DNA of 64,000 nt, from the NCBI GenBank assembly GCA_050301895.1, contig JBNKZZ010000001.1, positions 34,656 through 98,655 on the forward strand, in the 5' to 3' direction. The position numbers and the translations under genes are program-made. Positions 30,470 through 40,858 of this stretch are shown here, in pieces. The notes under the pieces were generated by a model. It was not told the origin of the DNA. It did not search any database and worked only from the letters and a program-made list of their open reading frames with translations. Source of the stretch: Ensifer sp. Its GTDB lineage: Bacteria > Pseudomonadota > Alphaproteobacteria > Rhizobiales > Rhizobiaceae. The first letter of the stretch is position 1. Every line of letters begins with the position of its first letter.

Positions 30470-31030
30470 TGATGGCTCCTTCTTGCCCGGCTTCTAGTGC
30501 ATTTTGTGATCTATGGGAATCCGTGCATTCACGCCTTTTAGCTGCTTTGACTATCTGCCATCTCGCGACTCAATTTCAGTTGAGTCGGCATAACGAAGTA
30601 TGGAGATCAATTTGAATCTCCATTTCTCCACATTATCCATATGGGGTTGTTGATAAGCCGGGATAGACTCTGTGGGTAAGTCAGCGAAGTGCGAAGTGCT
30701 GTGAATAAACACTGCTTTTTCCACAATTGCCCCTGCGTGAATAGATTTCAGGCGTCCTTGTGGATTGTGTGCATAAAGGGGAAAATTCAGAAAAATGATT
30801 CAACATTTGTCCCCAGTTTTCGCCGGAGGAATATCTGCGTTAAGCAATTATTAATCATTGAGGAATCTCACTGATCCCCAGGCAGCCCGTTTACTTTTTG
30901 TTAGGGATTTTTGCGATCCCGAGCGCAGGCTAATTTTGACAGTTTGTTTGTGGATCAATCTTAATCCTTGATTCCCACCGACTCTAAGAAATAGAAACCC
31001 TTTAATATAGATTTCTATTTTATTGGGGGA
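30470..31030. other. Chromosomal replication origin oriC
   Basis: AT-rich intergenic region upstream of hemE, the usual alphaproteobacterial ori location. DnaA-box-like 9-mers at 30624, 30633, 30648, 30671, 30700, 30717, 30759, 30768, 30872 and 30949; 9 GANTC sites; gene orientation diverges here; parS and parAB nearby. Confidence 0.9.
30840..30854. promoter_or_regulatory. CtrA-type box in oriC
   Basis: TTAA-GCAATTA-TTAA (TTAA-N7-TTAA). Confidence 0.55.
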
Positions 31031-32071
31031 ATGACCTTGCCGTCTGGAATGAGCCGAAAAATCGTTGAGGTACTTGATGGCAAGACTCTGAGTCCACCGC
31101 CTGTATGGCTTATGAGACAAGCAGGTCGCTATCTCCCAGAATATCGTGAGACACGCGCAAAGGCGGGTAGTTTTCTCAATCTTTGCTATACTCCCGAATT
31201 GGCGGTGGAGGTGACACTTCAGCCCATAAGGCGATATGGTTTTGATGCTGCTATTCTCTTTTCCGACATTCTCGTTGTTCCCGATGCCCTGAGACGGAAC
31301 GTTCGATTCGAGGAGAACAGAGGGCCGTTGCTCGATCCTATTGATGTGGACGGCATCAATGGGCTCGAAAAGGTGATGGATGCAGCTCATCTTGATCCCG
31401 TGATAGAGACGGTGAGAAGATTGCGCACAGAGTTGCCAGAGGAAGTAACGCTTCTCGGTTTTTGTGGGGCGCCATGGACGGTTGCGACTTACATGATTGC
31501 TGGTCATGGTACACCCGATCAGGCCCCTGCCCGGCTTTTCGCCTATCAGTACCCGGAAGCCTTTAAATATCTTCTCGATGTGCTTGCCGACATTTCTGCA
31601 GATTATCTTATTCGCCAGATTGATGCCGGAGCGGATGCAGTGCAGATTTTTGATTCTTGGGCGGGTGTTTTGGGTGAGGTCGAATTTGAGGCGTTTGCAG
31701 TTCGTCCGGTTCGTCGGATGGTAGACAAGATACGTGCGGCGCGACCGGGTGCGCGCGTGATCGCCTTTGCCAAGGGCGCTGGTTTGTTGCTTCGCGACTA
31801 TCGCCAGGGGACAGATGCAAATGCAATCGGGCTCGATTGGTCTGTGCCACTGGAGTTTGCCAGTGAATTGCAGAAAGACGGTGCCATCCAGGGGAACCTC
31901 GATCCCATGCGGGTTGTGGCTGGTGGACTGGCTATTGACGAGGGTGTGGATAGGATCCTGCAGGCCTTGGGTAGCGGGCCTCTTATCTTCAACCTTGGGC
32001 ACGGTATTACGCCACAGGCCGATCCCGCAAATGTGACTCGCCTCGTAAATCGCGTCAGAGGGTTGTCCTGA
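31031..32071 (+). CDS. hemE: Uroporphyrinogen decarboxylase
   Basis: [28 protein letters not shown] and FNLGHGI motifs. Confidence 0.97.
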   Translation: MTLPSGMSRKIVEVLDGKTLSPPPVWLMRQAGRYLPEYRETRAKAGSFLNLCYTPELAVEVTLQPIRRYGFDAAILFSDILVVPDALRRNVRFEENRGPLLDPIDVDGINGLEKVMDAAHLDPVIETVRRLRTELPEEVTLLGFCGAPWTVATYMIAGHGTPDQAPARLFAYQYPEAFKYLLDVLADISADYLIRQIDAGADAVQIFDSWAGVLGEVEFEAFAVRPVRRMVDKIRAARPGARVIAFAKGAGLLLRDYRQGTDANAIGLDWSVPLEFASELQKDGAIQGNLDPMRVVAGGLAIDEGVDRILQALGSGPLIFNLGHGITPQADPANVTRLVNRVRGLS

Positions 32072-32595
32072 TGCGCAACAGTGGTGCCAAAGTTGACATG
32101 AGAGCTGGGATAGCTCTGGTTATATTTCTGCTCATTATTGGGGCTATTGCCCTGCAGGATGAAACATCACGCTTTTTCTGGATCAAGGCGATCCATGTCA
32201 TTGCGGTTATTTCCTGGATGGCAGGGCTGCTCTATATGCCGCGGCTGTTCATCTATCATCTGGACAAGGATGTTGGCAGCGATGCGTCTGAGACCTTCAA
32301 GGTGATGGAAGACCGCTTGATGCGTATCATCATGAACCCAGCTGCGGTCATCGCCTGGGCGATGGGTCTTTGGTTGGCGTGGGATGCGTATCACTTTCAC
32401 GGCGCCTGGTTGCACGCGAAGATAACATTCGTGGTCTTGCTGACGGCGGTTCATATGATTTTTATGAAAACGGTGCGTCGTTTTGGTGACGATGAGCGGC
32501 CGAAGACGCCGAGATATTGGCGGTTAATGAATGAAGTACCGACGGTGCTCATGATCCTCATCGTGATCTTTGTGATCGTCAAGCCATTCAGCTGA
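32071..32595 (+). CDS. hemJ: Protoporphyrinogen oxidase HemJ
   Basis: IKAIHVIAVISWMAGLLYMPRLFIYH and NEVPT motifs. Confidence 0.95.
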   Translation: MRNSGAKVDMRAGIALVIFLLIIGAIALQDETSRFFWIKAIHVIAVISWMAGLLYMPRLFIYHLDKDVGSDASETFKVMEDRLMRIIMNPAAVIAWAMGLWLAWDAYHFHGAWLHAKITFVVLLTAVHMIFMKTVRRFGDDERPKTPRYWRLMNEVPTVLMILIVIFVIVKPFS

Positions 32596-32627
32596 TTTTC
32601 ACTCAACGCCAATTTTGATAAATTGTG

Positions 32628-32656
32628 CTTGCGATATTTGTTTGTTGCAGCTATTT
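32628..32656 (+). promoter_or_regulatory. Putative sigma70 promoter of rho
   Basis: CTTGCG-N17-CTATTT, similar to the rhizobial CTTGAC-N17-CTATAT. Confidence 0.5.
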
Positions 32657-32759
32657 TTCGCCCACTTCCTTTTAGGGCGAACTTATATAGCGTTTATGCG
32701 TAACCCGTTGGCGGCGACGCGCTCCTTCAGCCCGACCTTTCCAAATTAGTGTGGTTTCC

Positions 32760-34025
32760 ATGGCAGAAATGAAGCTTCAAGAGCTCAAGAACAAAACCCC
32801 TACCGATCTTTTGGCGTTTGCCGAATCATTGGAGGTGGAAAATGCAAGTGTGATGCGCAAACAGGAATTGATGTTTGCGATTCTAAAAGAGCTTGCAAAT
32901 CAGGATGTCGAAATTATCGGCGAAGGCGTTGTTGAAGTTTTGCAGGACGGGTTCGGGTTTCTTCGGTCCGCCAATGCAAACTATCTGCCTGGGCCGGATG
33001 ATATCTATATTTCTCCCTCTCAAATTCGCAGGTTTTCTCTGAAGACTGGCGACACAGTTGAAGGTCCCATTCGCGGGCCGAAAGAGGGCGAGCGATATTT
33101 TGCTCTGTTGAAGGTCAACACGATCAACTTTGATGATCCTGAAAAAATCCGCCACAAGGTTCATTTTGACAATCTTACACCGCTTTATCCAAACGAACGT
33201 TTCAGGATGGAGATTGCGGATCCGACAACAAAGGACTTGTCACCGCGCGTCATCGATCTGGTTTCCCCCTTGGGCAAGGGTCAGCGTGGATTGATCGTAG
33301 CGCCACCGCGTACCGGTAAGACAGTTCTTCTGCAGAATATTGCGCATTCCATCACTGCAAACCATCCAGAGTGCTATCTTATCGTTCTTCTGATTGATGA
33401 ACGACCTGAAGAAGTGACAGACATGCAGCGTTCGGTGCGTGGCGAAGTTGTTTCATCCACCTTTGACGAGCCGGCGACGCGCCACGTTCAGGTGGCTGAA
33501 ATGGTCATAGAAAAGGCCAAGCGTCTGGTTGAGCACGGCCGTGATGTCGTCATTCTGCTTGATTCCATCACCCGTCTTGGTCGAGCCTACAACACCGTGG
33601 TTCCTTCATCTGGTAAGGTGTTGACCGGTGGTGTTGACGCCAATGCACTGCAGCGTCCGAAGCGTTTCTTCGGTGCTGCCCGTAATATCGAAGAAGGCGG
33701 TTCATTGACGATTATCGCAACGGCGTTGATCGACACAGGCAGCCGTATGGATGAGGTTATCTTTGAAGAATTCAAGGGTACGGGTAACTCGGAAATTGTT
33801 CTTGATCGTAAGGTCGCTGACAAACGTATCTTCCCTGCCATGGATATTCTAAAATCGGGTACGCGTAAGGAAGACTTGCTGGTGCCGCGTCAGGATTTGC
33901 AGAAGATCTTCGTACTTCGCCGGATTCTTGCACCTATGGGCACGACGGATGCTATTGAATTCCTTATTGATAAGCTAAAGCAGACCAAAAATAACGGTGA
34001 TTTCTTCGATTCGATGAATACCTGA
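32760..34025 (+). CDS. rho: Transcription termination factor Rho
   Basis: [25 protein letters not shown] and EEFKGTGN motifs. Confidence 0.98.
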   Translation: MAEMKLQELKNKTPTDLLAFAESLEVENASVMRKQELMFAILKELANQDVEIIGEGVVEVLQDGFGFLRSANANYLPGPDDIYISPSQIRRFSLKTGDTVEGPIRGPKEGERYFALLKVNTINFDDPEKIRHKVHFDNLTPLYPNERFRMEIADPTTKDLSPRVIDLVSPLGKGQRGLIVAPPRTGKTVLLQNIAHSITANHPECYLIVLLIDERPEEVTDMQRSVRGEVVSSTFDEPATRHVQVAEMVIEKAKRLVEHGRDVVILLDSITRLGRAYNTVVPSSGKVLTGGVDANALQRPKRFFGAARNIEEGGSLTIIATALIDTGSRMDEVIFEEFKGTGNSEIVLDRKVADKRIFPAMDILKSGTRKEDLLVPRQDLQKIFVLRRILAPMGTTDAIEFLIDKLKQTKNNGDFFDSMNT

Positions 34026-34050
34026 TATTTCGTCGGATTCACGATTTTTG

Positions 34051-34085
34051 AAACGGGCGCCTCATATTTGCGGGCGCCCGTTTTT
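34051..34085 (+). terminator. Terminator after rho
   Basis: AAACGGGCGCC-loop-GGCGCCCGTTTTT. Confidence 0.8.
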
Positions 34086-34159
34086 CTATATCTGTTTGAC
34101 TCTGCAGCTCAGATGGATAGGAAAACCAATCTGAGACACACAGTTACGGAGTCTGTTGC

Positions 34160-35482
34160 TTGTCCCATAACCACGCGCAAACGATATATGCACTTTCCAG
34201 CGGCGCACCTCCTGCAGGCGTTGCGATCATTCGTGTGTCTGGTGGTGAGGTCCGCACTATCTTGTCGGCGCTCTGTGGAGGCGGCGTGCCTGTCGCGCGA
34301 AAAGCCACGCTGACAGCACTGCAAAATCCGTTCGACGGTGATGTCATAGACCGGGCGTTGGTGCTCTTTTTCGAGGGGCCGAATTCCTTTACGGGTGAGG
34401 ACTGTGCCGAGTTTCATTTGCATGGAAGTCGAGCTGTTATCTATGCGATGTTCGCTGTTTTGGCTCGATTTGAAAATGTGAGGTTGGCCGAGGCTGGGGA
34501 GTTTTCAAGGCGAGCCTTTGAAAATGGGAAGCACGATCTCGTTGAAATTGAGGGACTTTCTGAGCTGGTAAAGGCGGAAACGGAGGCCCAGCGTCGTCTG
34601 GCTATACATTTCTCCAGTGGAGAGGTTTCCGCACGTCATTTTGCCTGGATGGATCGTTTGTCTCACGCCCGCGCGATGATTGAGGCTGAACTCGATTTCG
34701 CTGACGAGGGCGATATTCCGGGTTCTGTATCGGAGCAGATATGGTCCGCCATGGATGCGCTGGTAGCGGACATGAGGAGTGCACTCGCGGGTACAAGAGC
34801 AAGCGAGGTGATACGATCCGGCTTTCGTGTTGTCATCGCGGGATTGCCCAATGCCGGGAAATCCAGCCTATTGAACTATTTGGCAAAGCGAGACGTCGCC
34901 ATTGTTACGGATACAGCCGGGACGACCAGGGATCTGATCTCTGTTGATCTCGACTTGAACGGTTACATGGTTAGCTTGGTGGATACGGCGGGGCTGCGGG
35001 AAACCGAGGATCCCGTGGAACGTATCGGTATCCGAAAAGCAAAAGAGGCGTTGGACTCAGCGCATCTGATATTGTATTTGCATGCTGGCGTTTATGAAGA
35101 GCAGTCTGAGAAATTTGCCGCGCCGGTCCTGCATGTTGGGACCAAGGGTGATCTGGGGTTTGAGTCAACCGAGGGCGTTGATTTAGTGATCTCTACCAAA
35201 GACGGGTCAGGATTCGATTCACTACTGGAACGAATTTCTGAAGAGTTGAATTCAAGCCTTTCGGAGGGAGCCGATCCTTTGGTTCTTAACCAGAGGCAGG
35301 AAGAGGCCCTCAAAGCCTGTCGGGATGCAGTAGAGTGGGCCTGCCAGTCGGTTGATGCTCCATTGGAGGTGCGTGCTGAATCGCTGCGTGTTGCCTCGAT
35401 TCATCTTGGACGCCTTGTGGGTAATGTTGATGCGGACAGCCTCCTGGGCGTAATATTTTCTCAGTTTTGCGTGGGCAAGTGA
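34160..35482 (+). CDS. mnmE: tRNA modification GTPase MnmE
   Basis: [32 protein letters not shown] and C-terminal FCVGK motifs. Confidence 0.97.
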   Translation: MSHNHAQTIYALSSGAPPAGVAIIRVSGGEVRTILSALCGGGVPVARKATLTALQNPFDGDVIDRALVLFFEGPNSFTGEDCAEFHLHGSRAVIYAMFAVLARFENVRLAEAGEFSRRAFENGKHDLVEIEGLSELVKAETEAQRRLAIHFSSGEVSARHFAWMDRLSHARAMIEAELDFADEGDIPGSVSEQIWSAMDALVADMRSALAGTRASEVIRSGFRVVIAGLPNAGKSSLLNYLAKRDVAIVTDTAGTTRDLISVDLDLNGYMVSLVDTAGLRETEDPVERIGIRKAKEALDSAHLILYLHAGVYEEQSEKFAAPVLHVGTKGDLGFESTEGVDLVISTKDGSGFDSLLERISEELNSSLSEGADPLVLNQRQEEALKACRDAVEWACQSVDAPLEVRAESLRVASIHLGRLVGNVDADSLLGVIFSQFCVGK

Positions 35483-35517
35483 AGCGACTCAACACTCGAT
35501 TCGGAAGCGAATTGGTT

Positions 35518-37401
35518 ATGATGGATAGTTACGATGTTATTGTTGTGGGTGGTGGGCACGCTGGTTGCGAGGCCGCGAGTGCGGCTGCGCGTTCCGGCGC
35601 GAGGACAGCGTTGATAACCCATAGTCGGGATACAATCGGGGTTATGTCGTGTAATCCTGCAATCGGTGGTCTGGGCAAGGGGCATTTGGTGCGGGAGATT
35701 GATGCACTGGATGGCCTTATGGGTCGGGCCGCTGATGCTGCTGGTATTCAGTATCGTATGCTCAATCGGAAGAAGGGTCCTGCGGTTAGGGGTCCGCGTA
35801 CGCAGGCCGATCGCCGGCTATATCGCGAGGCTGTCCAGCAACTTATTGATTCTACGGTGAATCTATCAGTTGTTGAAGGTGATGTATTTGACCTCACATT
35901 TGATCAGGGATCAGTTTCCGGTGTCATTTTGGCAGATGGGCGGGGTATATCTTGCCGTTCAGTTGTTATCACAACAGGCACTTTTCTGAATGGTTTGATC
36001 CATATTGGCAGGGAGAAGACACCGGCCGGCCGGATGGGGCAAGCGCCGAGTCTCGGTCTTTCAAAGACTTTCGCCGGGCTTGGTTTGGCGCTTGGTCGTT
36101 TGAAGACAGGGACACCTGCGCGATTAGATGGCAAGACTATCAATTGGGGGGCTATTGGTGCGCAGGAAGCCGATTCGGATCCGATACCATTTTCCTTGAT
36201 GACAGATTCTATCACGAATCCGCAGGTGATTTGTGGGGTAACTCGTACAACTGCGCGCACTCACGAGATTATTCGCGAGCATCTTCATCTCTCGGCGATG
36301 TATTCCGGTGAGATTAAGGGCGTTGGCCCGAGATATTGCCCATCGATAGAGGATAAAATTGTACGGTTTGGGGATCGGGATGGCCATCAGATTTTTCTCG
36401 AGCCCGAGGGATTGGATGATGATACCGTTTATCCCAATGGCATTTCGACATCATTGCCGGCTGATGTTCAGGAACTGATGCTGCGGTCTATACCGGGTTT
36501 GGAGAATGTTCGTGTCATACAGCCTGGCTACGCAATTGAATATGATCATGTCGATCCGCGTGAGCTTGATACGTCATTGTGTGTCAAGAAGGTGCCTGGT
36601 CTCTATCTGGCAGGGCAAATAAATGGGACGACTGGTTACGAGGAAGCCGGCGCCCAAGGGCTTGTCGCTGGTATAAATGCTGCGCGCTATTCTATCGATT
36701 CGGATCCGGTACATTTTAGCAGATCTGAATCTTATATTGGTGTGATGATTGACGACTTGGTGGGTTTTGGGGTCTCCGAACCCTATCGTATGTTCACATC
36801 GCGAGCAGAGTACAGGCTATATTTGAGGGCGGATAATGCTGATCTTCGCCTTACGCCGATGGCAATCGAGCTGGAAATCGTTTCGATAGAGAGAGCCGCT
36901 CGATTTAGGCGGTTATCGAGTGAAATGGACGCGTTGCGTTCGCTTCTGAAAGAGCTGTCACTGACCCCGAAAGAGGCCTCGACTTTCGGTATTATTTTGA
37001 ATCAGGATGGTTTGCGGCGATCAGGCTATGAACTACTCTCTCATAATACTCTGGACATCGACCGTCTCCTGCCGATTTGGCCGGAGTTGGAGCGCTTCTC
37101 CCGTCAAATTCGCAATTTGATTGAGATAGAGGCCGGATACGACGTCTACTTGAGAAGGCAAGAGGCTGATATGGAAATGCTTCGCCGTGAGGAAAATATG
37201 CGTATTCCTGGCGACTTTTCTTACAGGGGAATATCTGGGTTATCGAACGAGCTGCAGCTTAAGCTTGAAAAGGCAGCACCTGAGAATATTCACCAGGCGC
37301 GCAAAGTTGAGGGTGTGACCCCAGCTGCGCTGACGCTCCTTATTAGCTTGATACGCAGGGGGAATTCGATGACGCGAGAGAATCGGGAGCGTGCATCTTG
37401 A
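35518..37401 (+). CDS. mnmG: tRNA uridine carboxymethylaminomethyl modification enzyme MnmG (GidA)
   Basis: [28 protein letters not shown] and [13 protein letters not shown] motifs. Confidence 0.98.
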   Translation: MMDSYDVIVVGGGHAGCEAASAAARSGARTALITHSRDTIGVMSCNPAIGGLGKGHLVREIDALDGLMGRAADAAGIQYRMLNRKKGPAVRGPRTQADRRLYREAVQQLIDSTVNLSVVEGDVFDLTFDQGSVSGVILADGRGISCRSVVITTGTFLNGLIHIGREKTPAGRMGQAPSLGLSKTFAGLGLALGRLKTGTPARLDGKTINWGAIGAQEADSDPIPFSLMTDSITNPQVICGVTRTTARTHEIIREHLHLSAMYSGEIKGVGPRYCPSIEDKIVRFGDRDGHQIFLEPEGLDDDTVYPNGISTSLPADVQELMLRSIPGLENVRVIQPGYAIEYDHVDPRELDTSLCVKKVPGLYLAGQINGTTGYEEAGAQGLVAGINAARYSIDSDPVHFSRSESYIGVMIDDLVGFGVSEPYRMFTSRAEYRLYLRADNADLRLTPMAIELEIVSIERAARFRRLSSEMDALRSLLKELSLTPKEASTFGIILNQDGLRRSGYELLSHNTLDIDRLLPIWPELERFSRQIRNLIEIEAGYDVYLRRQEADMEMLRREENMRIPGDFSYRGISGLSNELQLKLEKAAPENIHQARKVEGVTPAALTLLISLIRRGNSMTRENRERAS

Positions 37402-38024
37402 ATGAGGATACAATCCTGGAGAGTCTTGGTGTTTCACGTGAAACAGAAGACCGCCTGACAGACTTCCGGAAGTTGTTTGAAAAATGGGCAAAGAGCATCA
37501 ATCTTGTCGCCCCGTCAACGCTTGGTGACATGTGGCATCGGCATGTTTTGGATAGCGCTCAGATCTACCGTTTGAATAGGGGTGCACACGTCTGGGCGGA
37601 TCTTGGTAGCGGTGGCGGGTTTCCTGGTATTATAACAGCTATACTGATGCGGGAGGCTGGTTCAGGTCACGTCCACTTAGTGGAAAGCAATAAGAAGAAG
37701 TGCGCATTCCTGCGAGTGGCTGCACAGGAACTAGATCTACATGCAACGGTTCATCCCATCCGCATAGAGACTGCACCAGAGGTAATAGGTGCGGTCGACG
37801 TGATATCGGCTCGTGCGCTAGCGGAGCTGGACACATTGTTGGGTCTTTCGGAGCCTTGGTTCGCCATGAATGGGAAATTGCGGGCGTTTTTCAATAAAGG
37901 CCGGGATTATTCCCGTGAAATCTCGAAAGCGGATAGCAGATGGAATTTCGATCTGTTAAAACATCAAAGTGTCATCCAAGATGACTCAGTGATCCTTGAG
38001 ATTGCAAATTTGGCTCGTAAGTAA
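37398..38024 (+). CDS. rsmG: 16S rRNA m7G527 methyltransferase RsmG (GidB)
   Basis: [21 protein letters not shown] and ISARALA motifs. Confidence 0.96.
   Translation: MNEDTILESLGVSRETEDRLTDFRKLFEKWAKSINLVAPSTLGDMWHRHVLDSAQIYRLNRGAHVWADLGSGGGFPGIITAILMREAGSGHVHLVESNKKKCAFLRVAAQELDLHATVHPIRIETAPEVIGAVDVISARALAELDTLLGLSEPWFAMNGKLRAFFNKGRDYSREISKADSRWNFDLLKHQSVIQDDSVILEIANLARK
37430..37445. promoter_or_regulatory. parS site (perfect consensus) inside rsmG
   Basis: TGTTTCACGTGAAACA, encoding VSRET. Confidence 0.93.
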
Positions 38025-38044
38025 CCTCTTTTGGTGAGATCGAA

Positions 38045-38839
38045 ATGTCCGGATATCGGAATCGCATTATTACTATCGCCAATCAAAAAGGCGGCGTAGG
38101 CAAGACAACTACCGCTATTAACCTCGCGACGGCCCTGGCGGCCATTGGTGAGCGGGTATTGATCGTCGATCTGGACCCTCAGGGAAATGCAAGCACCGGG
38201 CTAGGCATTGGTCGCAAGGAGCGCGATGTTTCCTCCTATGATGTACTTGCCGGGACTCATGGCATCGGCGAGGCAATTCGGGAGACAGCGGTACCAAATC
38301 TGCATATTGTGCCCTCGACGATGGATCTCCTCGGAATAGAGATGGAGATTTCTCAGGCGGCGGATCGCGTTTTTCGTCTGCGCAAGGCGCTTGTTTCTCC
38401 AATTGCGCATGAATATTCCTACATTCTTGTAGACTGTCCGCCAAGTTTCAATCTCTTGACGATGAATGCAATGGCCGCGGCACACTCTGTACTCGTTCCT
38501 CTACAGTGCGAGTTCTTTGCACTTGAGGGATTAAGTCAGTTGCTGGAAACGGTTAATCAGGTTCGTCAGACAGTGAATCCGCAGCTCGATATCCAGGGCA
38601 TTGTTTTGACGATGTTTGATTCCCGTAATAATCTTGCGCAGCAGGTTGTTAATGACGTGCGAGAGCACCTGGGGGACAAAGTCTACCACACCTTGATCCC
38701 GCGAAATGTGCGCGTTTCGGAGGCGCCGTCCTATGGGAAGCCGGCCCTTCTTTATGATTTGAAGTGCGCGGGCAGTCAGGCCTACCTTCAGCTCGCATCT
38801 GAAGTTATTCAACGGGAAAGACAGCGCGTAGCTGCGTAA
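38045..38839 (+). CDS. parA: Chromosome partitioning ATPase ParA
   Basis: NQKGGVGKTTT, DLDPQGN, DCPP and PRNVRVSEAPS motifs. Confidence 0.97.
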   Translation: MSGYRNRIITIANQKGGVGKTTTAINLATALAAIGERVLIVDLDPQGNASTGLGIGRKERDVSSYDVLAGTHGIGEAIRETAVPNLHIVPSTMDLLGIEMEISQAADRVFRLRKALVSPIAHEYSYILVDCPPSFNLLTMNAMAAAHSVLVPLQCEFFALEGLSQLLETVNQVRQTVNPQLDIQGIVLTMFDSRNNLAQQVVNDVREHLGDKVYHTLIPRNVRVSEAPSYGKPALLYDLKCAGSQAYLQLASEVIQRERQRVAA

Positions 38840-38872
38840 AATATTTCGTTTTCGAAATGATTGGAAATTGAT

Positions 38873-39760
38873 ATGGACGAAGATCATTCAAAGCGCCGTC
38901 TTGGACGTGGGTTGGCTGCGTTGATTGGCGAGATAGAGCAACCTCTGGCGAGTGGTGGCGGTGGGGAACAAAGGATCAATCCTGATCGGTTGATTCCCAT
39001 TGAGTATGTTGCGCGTAATCCCCGAAACCCCCGTCGGCACTTTGACGAGGATGAACTTAGAGATCTTGCGTCTTCAATCCGCCAGCATGGTATTGTCCAG
39101 CCTGTTGTCGTGCGGACTTCGGGTGAAAATCAGTTTGAGATTATTGCAGGTGAACGGCGTTGGCGCGCGGCACAATTGGCGGGATTTACGGAAATTCCGG
39201 TTATTGTGCGTGATGTCGATGATCGAACTGCTCTTGAGATCGCAATTGTCGAGAATGTGCAGCGGTCAGATCTCAATCCCCTTGAAGAGGCTCAGGGTTA
39301 CGACCAGCTCATTGCGGAACATGGTTATACCCAGAATGATCTGGGCGAGATTATCGGCAAGAGCCGTAGCCATGTGGCAAATAGTCTCCGTTTGCTGAAG
39401 CTCCCGGAACCGGTGCGCCAGATGCTCTATGAGGGTGCGCTGTCAGCTGGCCACGCACGTGCACTCATTCCGACTTCAAATCCGGTGTCTTTGGCACAAA
39501 CCATTATTTCTAAAGGATTATCTGTTCGTGATGCCGAGAAATTGGCACAGAAAGATATTCGCGCTCAGGAAGGTGGTTCTTCGTCCGGGCAGCCAAAAGA
39601 CTCAAAAGATGCGGATACCTTGGCGCTCGAAAAGACGCTGTCGGACAGTCTTGGGCTTGATGTGACAATTCAGCATAAGTCGGGCGGCGGACAGGTGCGG
39701 ATCGGTTACAAGACGCTGGAGCAATTGGAAGAAATCTGCAGGCTTCTGGAAAAACGCTAG
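38873..39760 (+). CDS. parB: Chromosome partitioning protein ParB
   Basis: LGRGLAAL, IIAGERRWRA, ENVQRSDL and HTH GKSRSHVAN motifs. Confidence 0.97.
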   Translation: MDEDHSKRRLGRGLAALIGEIEQPLASGGGGEQRINPDRLIPIEYVARNPRNPRRHFDEDELRDLASSIRQHGIVQPVVVRTSGENQFEIIAGERRWRAAQLAGFTEIPVIVRDVDDRTALEIAIVENVQRSDLNPLEEAQGYDQLIAEHGYTQNDLGEIIGKSRSHVANSLRLLKLPEPVRQMLYEGALSAGHARALIPTSNPVSLAQTIISKGLSVRDAEKLAQKDIRAQEGGSSSGQPKDSKDADTLALEKTLSDSLGLDVTIQHKSGGGQVRIGYKTLEQLEEICRLLEKR

Positions 39761-39805
39761 ACAATAACGGCGTGCCTGATGGCGTGTAGATGTTAATCGC
39801 GCCGG

Positions 39806-40858
39806 TTAGCGCCGGTTTGATGCGGCGCTTCTTGCCGACAGCAGCGTGATGGAGAGCAATGCCTGGAGTGCAATGCTTTCATCAATGGAGGCGTTCTGCC
39901 GCGTCTGCAGTACGGCCTGATTTATGCGTTCGCATGCTCGCCTAATATCGGCAGGATTCCAACGGGTTAGCGCGGTTTCCAGTGCTGGCTTCCGGCGGAA
40001 GTGAACGCCCCTTGCCTGATTGGCGATCACATGGCTCGCGCTCTGCCTTGATGAGACCATATCGCTTTTGAGGCGGTCCAACATTTGGAATTGCCGCAGA
40101 GAGGCCTGCAGGAGAAGAAACAGCGGTGTTTTTGAGGACAATATTTTCTGTGTCATTGCGTGAAACAGACGGCTGTTGCCGGTCAAAACTGCATCTACGG
40201 CATCATCTACCGATGTAGCAGAAGCGTCTCCAATTATTTCGGTGACGTGATGATCTTCGATGATCGGTTCACCCATGCAGTAGAGGGCTAATTTCTCGAT
40301 CTCGTTTCTGCTGGCCAGCCGGTCGCCGCCCAAACTTTCCAGGAGCATTGCTCTTCCGGCCGGAGAGATCTTGAGATTTTGCTCCACGAGCACCTGGTCG
40401 ATCAACCCATTGAGCGCTCTGGCGTCATCTGCGTAGCATGCAACAGACGCAATGTTGCGGTTGGACGATGCCAGCTTGCGCATGCCTGCGCTCTTTTTCA
40501 GGTCTCCGGCCTCGATAATGAGGTAGCTTTGCTCGGGCACCTTTTCACAGACAGCCTCGAGGGCGCTTATCAGTGGCCGCTCGTTGCCAGCATTCTTGAC
40601 CCAAATAAGCTTTTCTCCGCCAAATAGGCCAATTGAGTTAACCTCGTCGGAAAGCCTGCCTGGGTCGGTTTGAATATCGCTGACTGAGAGTTGCGTTACA
40701 GCGAATGGGTCATCAAGGGGAACGCCGGTGAATTTCGCCGCAGCCTTTGCCCTTTCGGACACAAGGCCTGTATCCGGGCCATAAAAGAGCAAAATGCGCG
40801 GAAGCGATTGCCCGGACTTGAGCAATCGATCAAATTCATGCGGCTTTAGTTCGCTCAT
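39806..40858 (-). CDS. holA: DNA polymerase III delta subunit
   Basis: LFYGPDTGLV, GLFGG and GGDRLASRNEIEKLALY motifs; leuS-lptE-holA gene order. Confidence 0.93.
   Translation of the reverse strand: MSELKPHEFDRLLKSGQSLPRILLFYGPDTGLVSERAKAAAKFTGVPLDDPFAVTQLSVSDIQTDPGRLSDEVNSIGLFGGEKLIWVKNAGNERPLISALEAVCEKVPEQSYLIIEAGDLKKSAGMRKLASSNRNIASVACYADDARALNGLIDQVLVEQNLKISPAGRAMLLESLGGDRLASRNEIEKLALYCMGEPIIEDHHVTEIIGDASATSVDDAVDAVLTGNSRLFHAMTQKILSSKTPLFLLLQASLRQFQMLDRLKSDMVSSRQSASHVIANQARGVHFRRKPALETALTRWNPADIRRACERINQAVLQTRQNASIDESIALQALLSITLLSARSAASNRR

Noticed and set aside
30851-32002. 383-aa minus-strand ORF running into oriC
   Set aside because: Antisense shadow of hemE with no recognisable motifs and atypical composition
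32657-32759. Pyrimidine-rich rho leader without a clear Shine-Dalgarno sequence
   Set aside because: Consistent with ordinary rho autoregulation; no ncRNA or riboswitch structure can be supported
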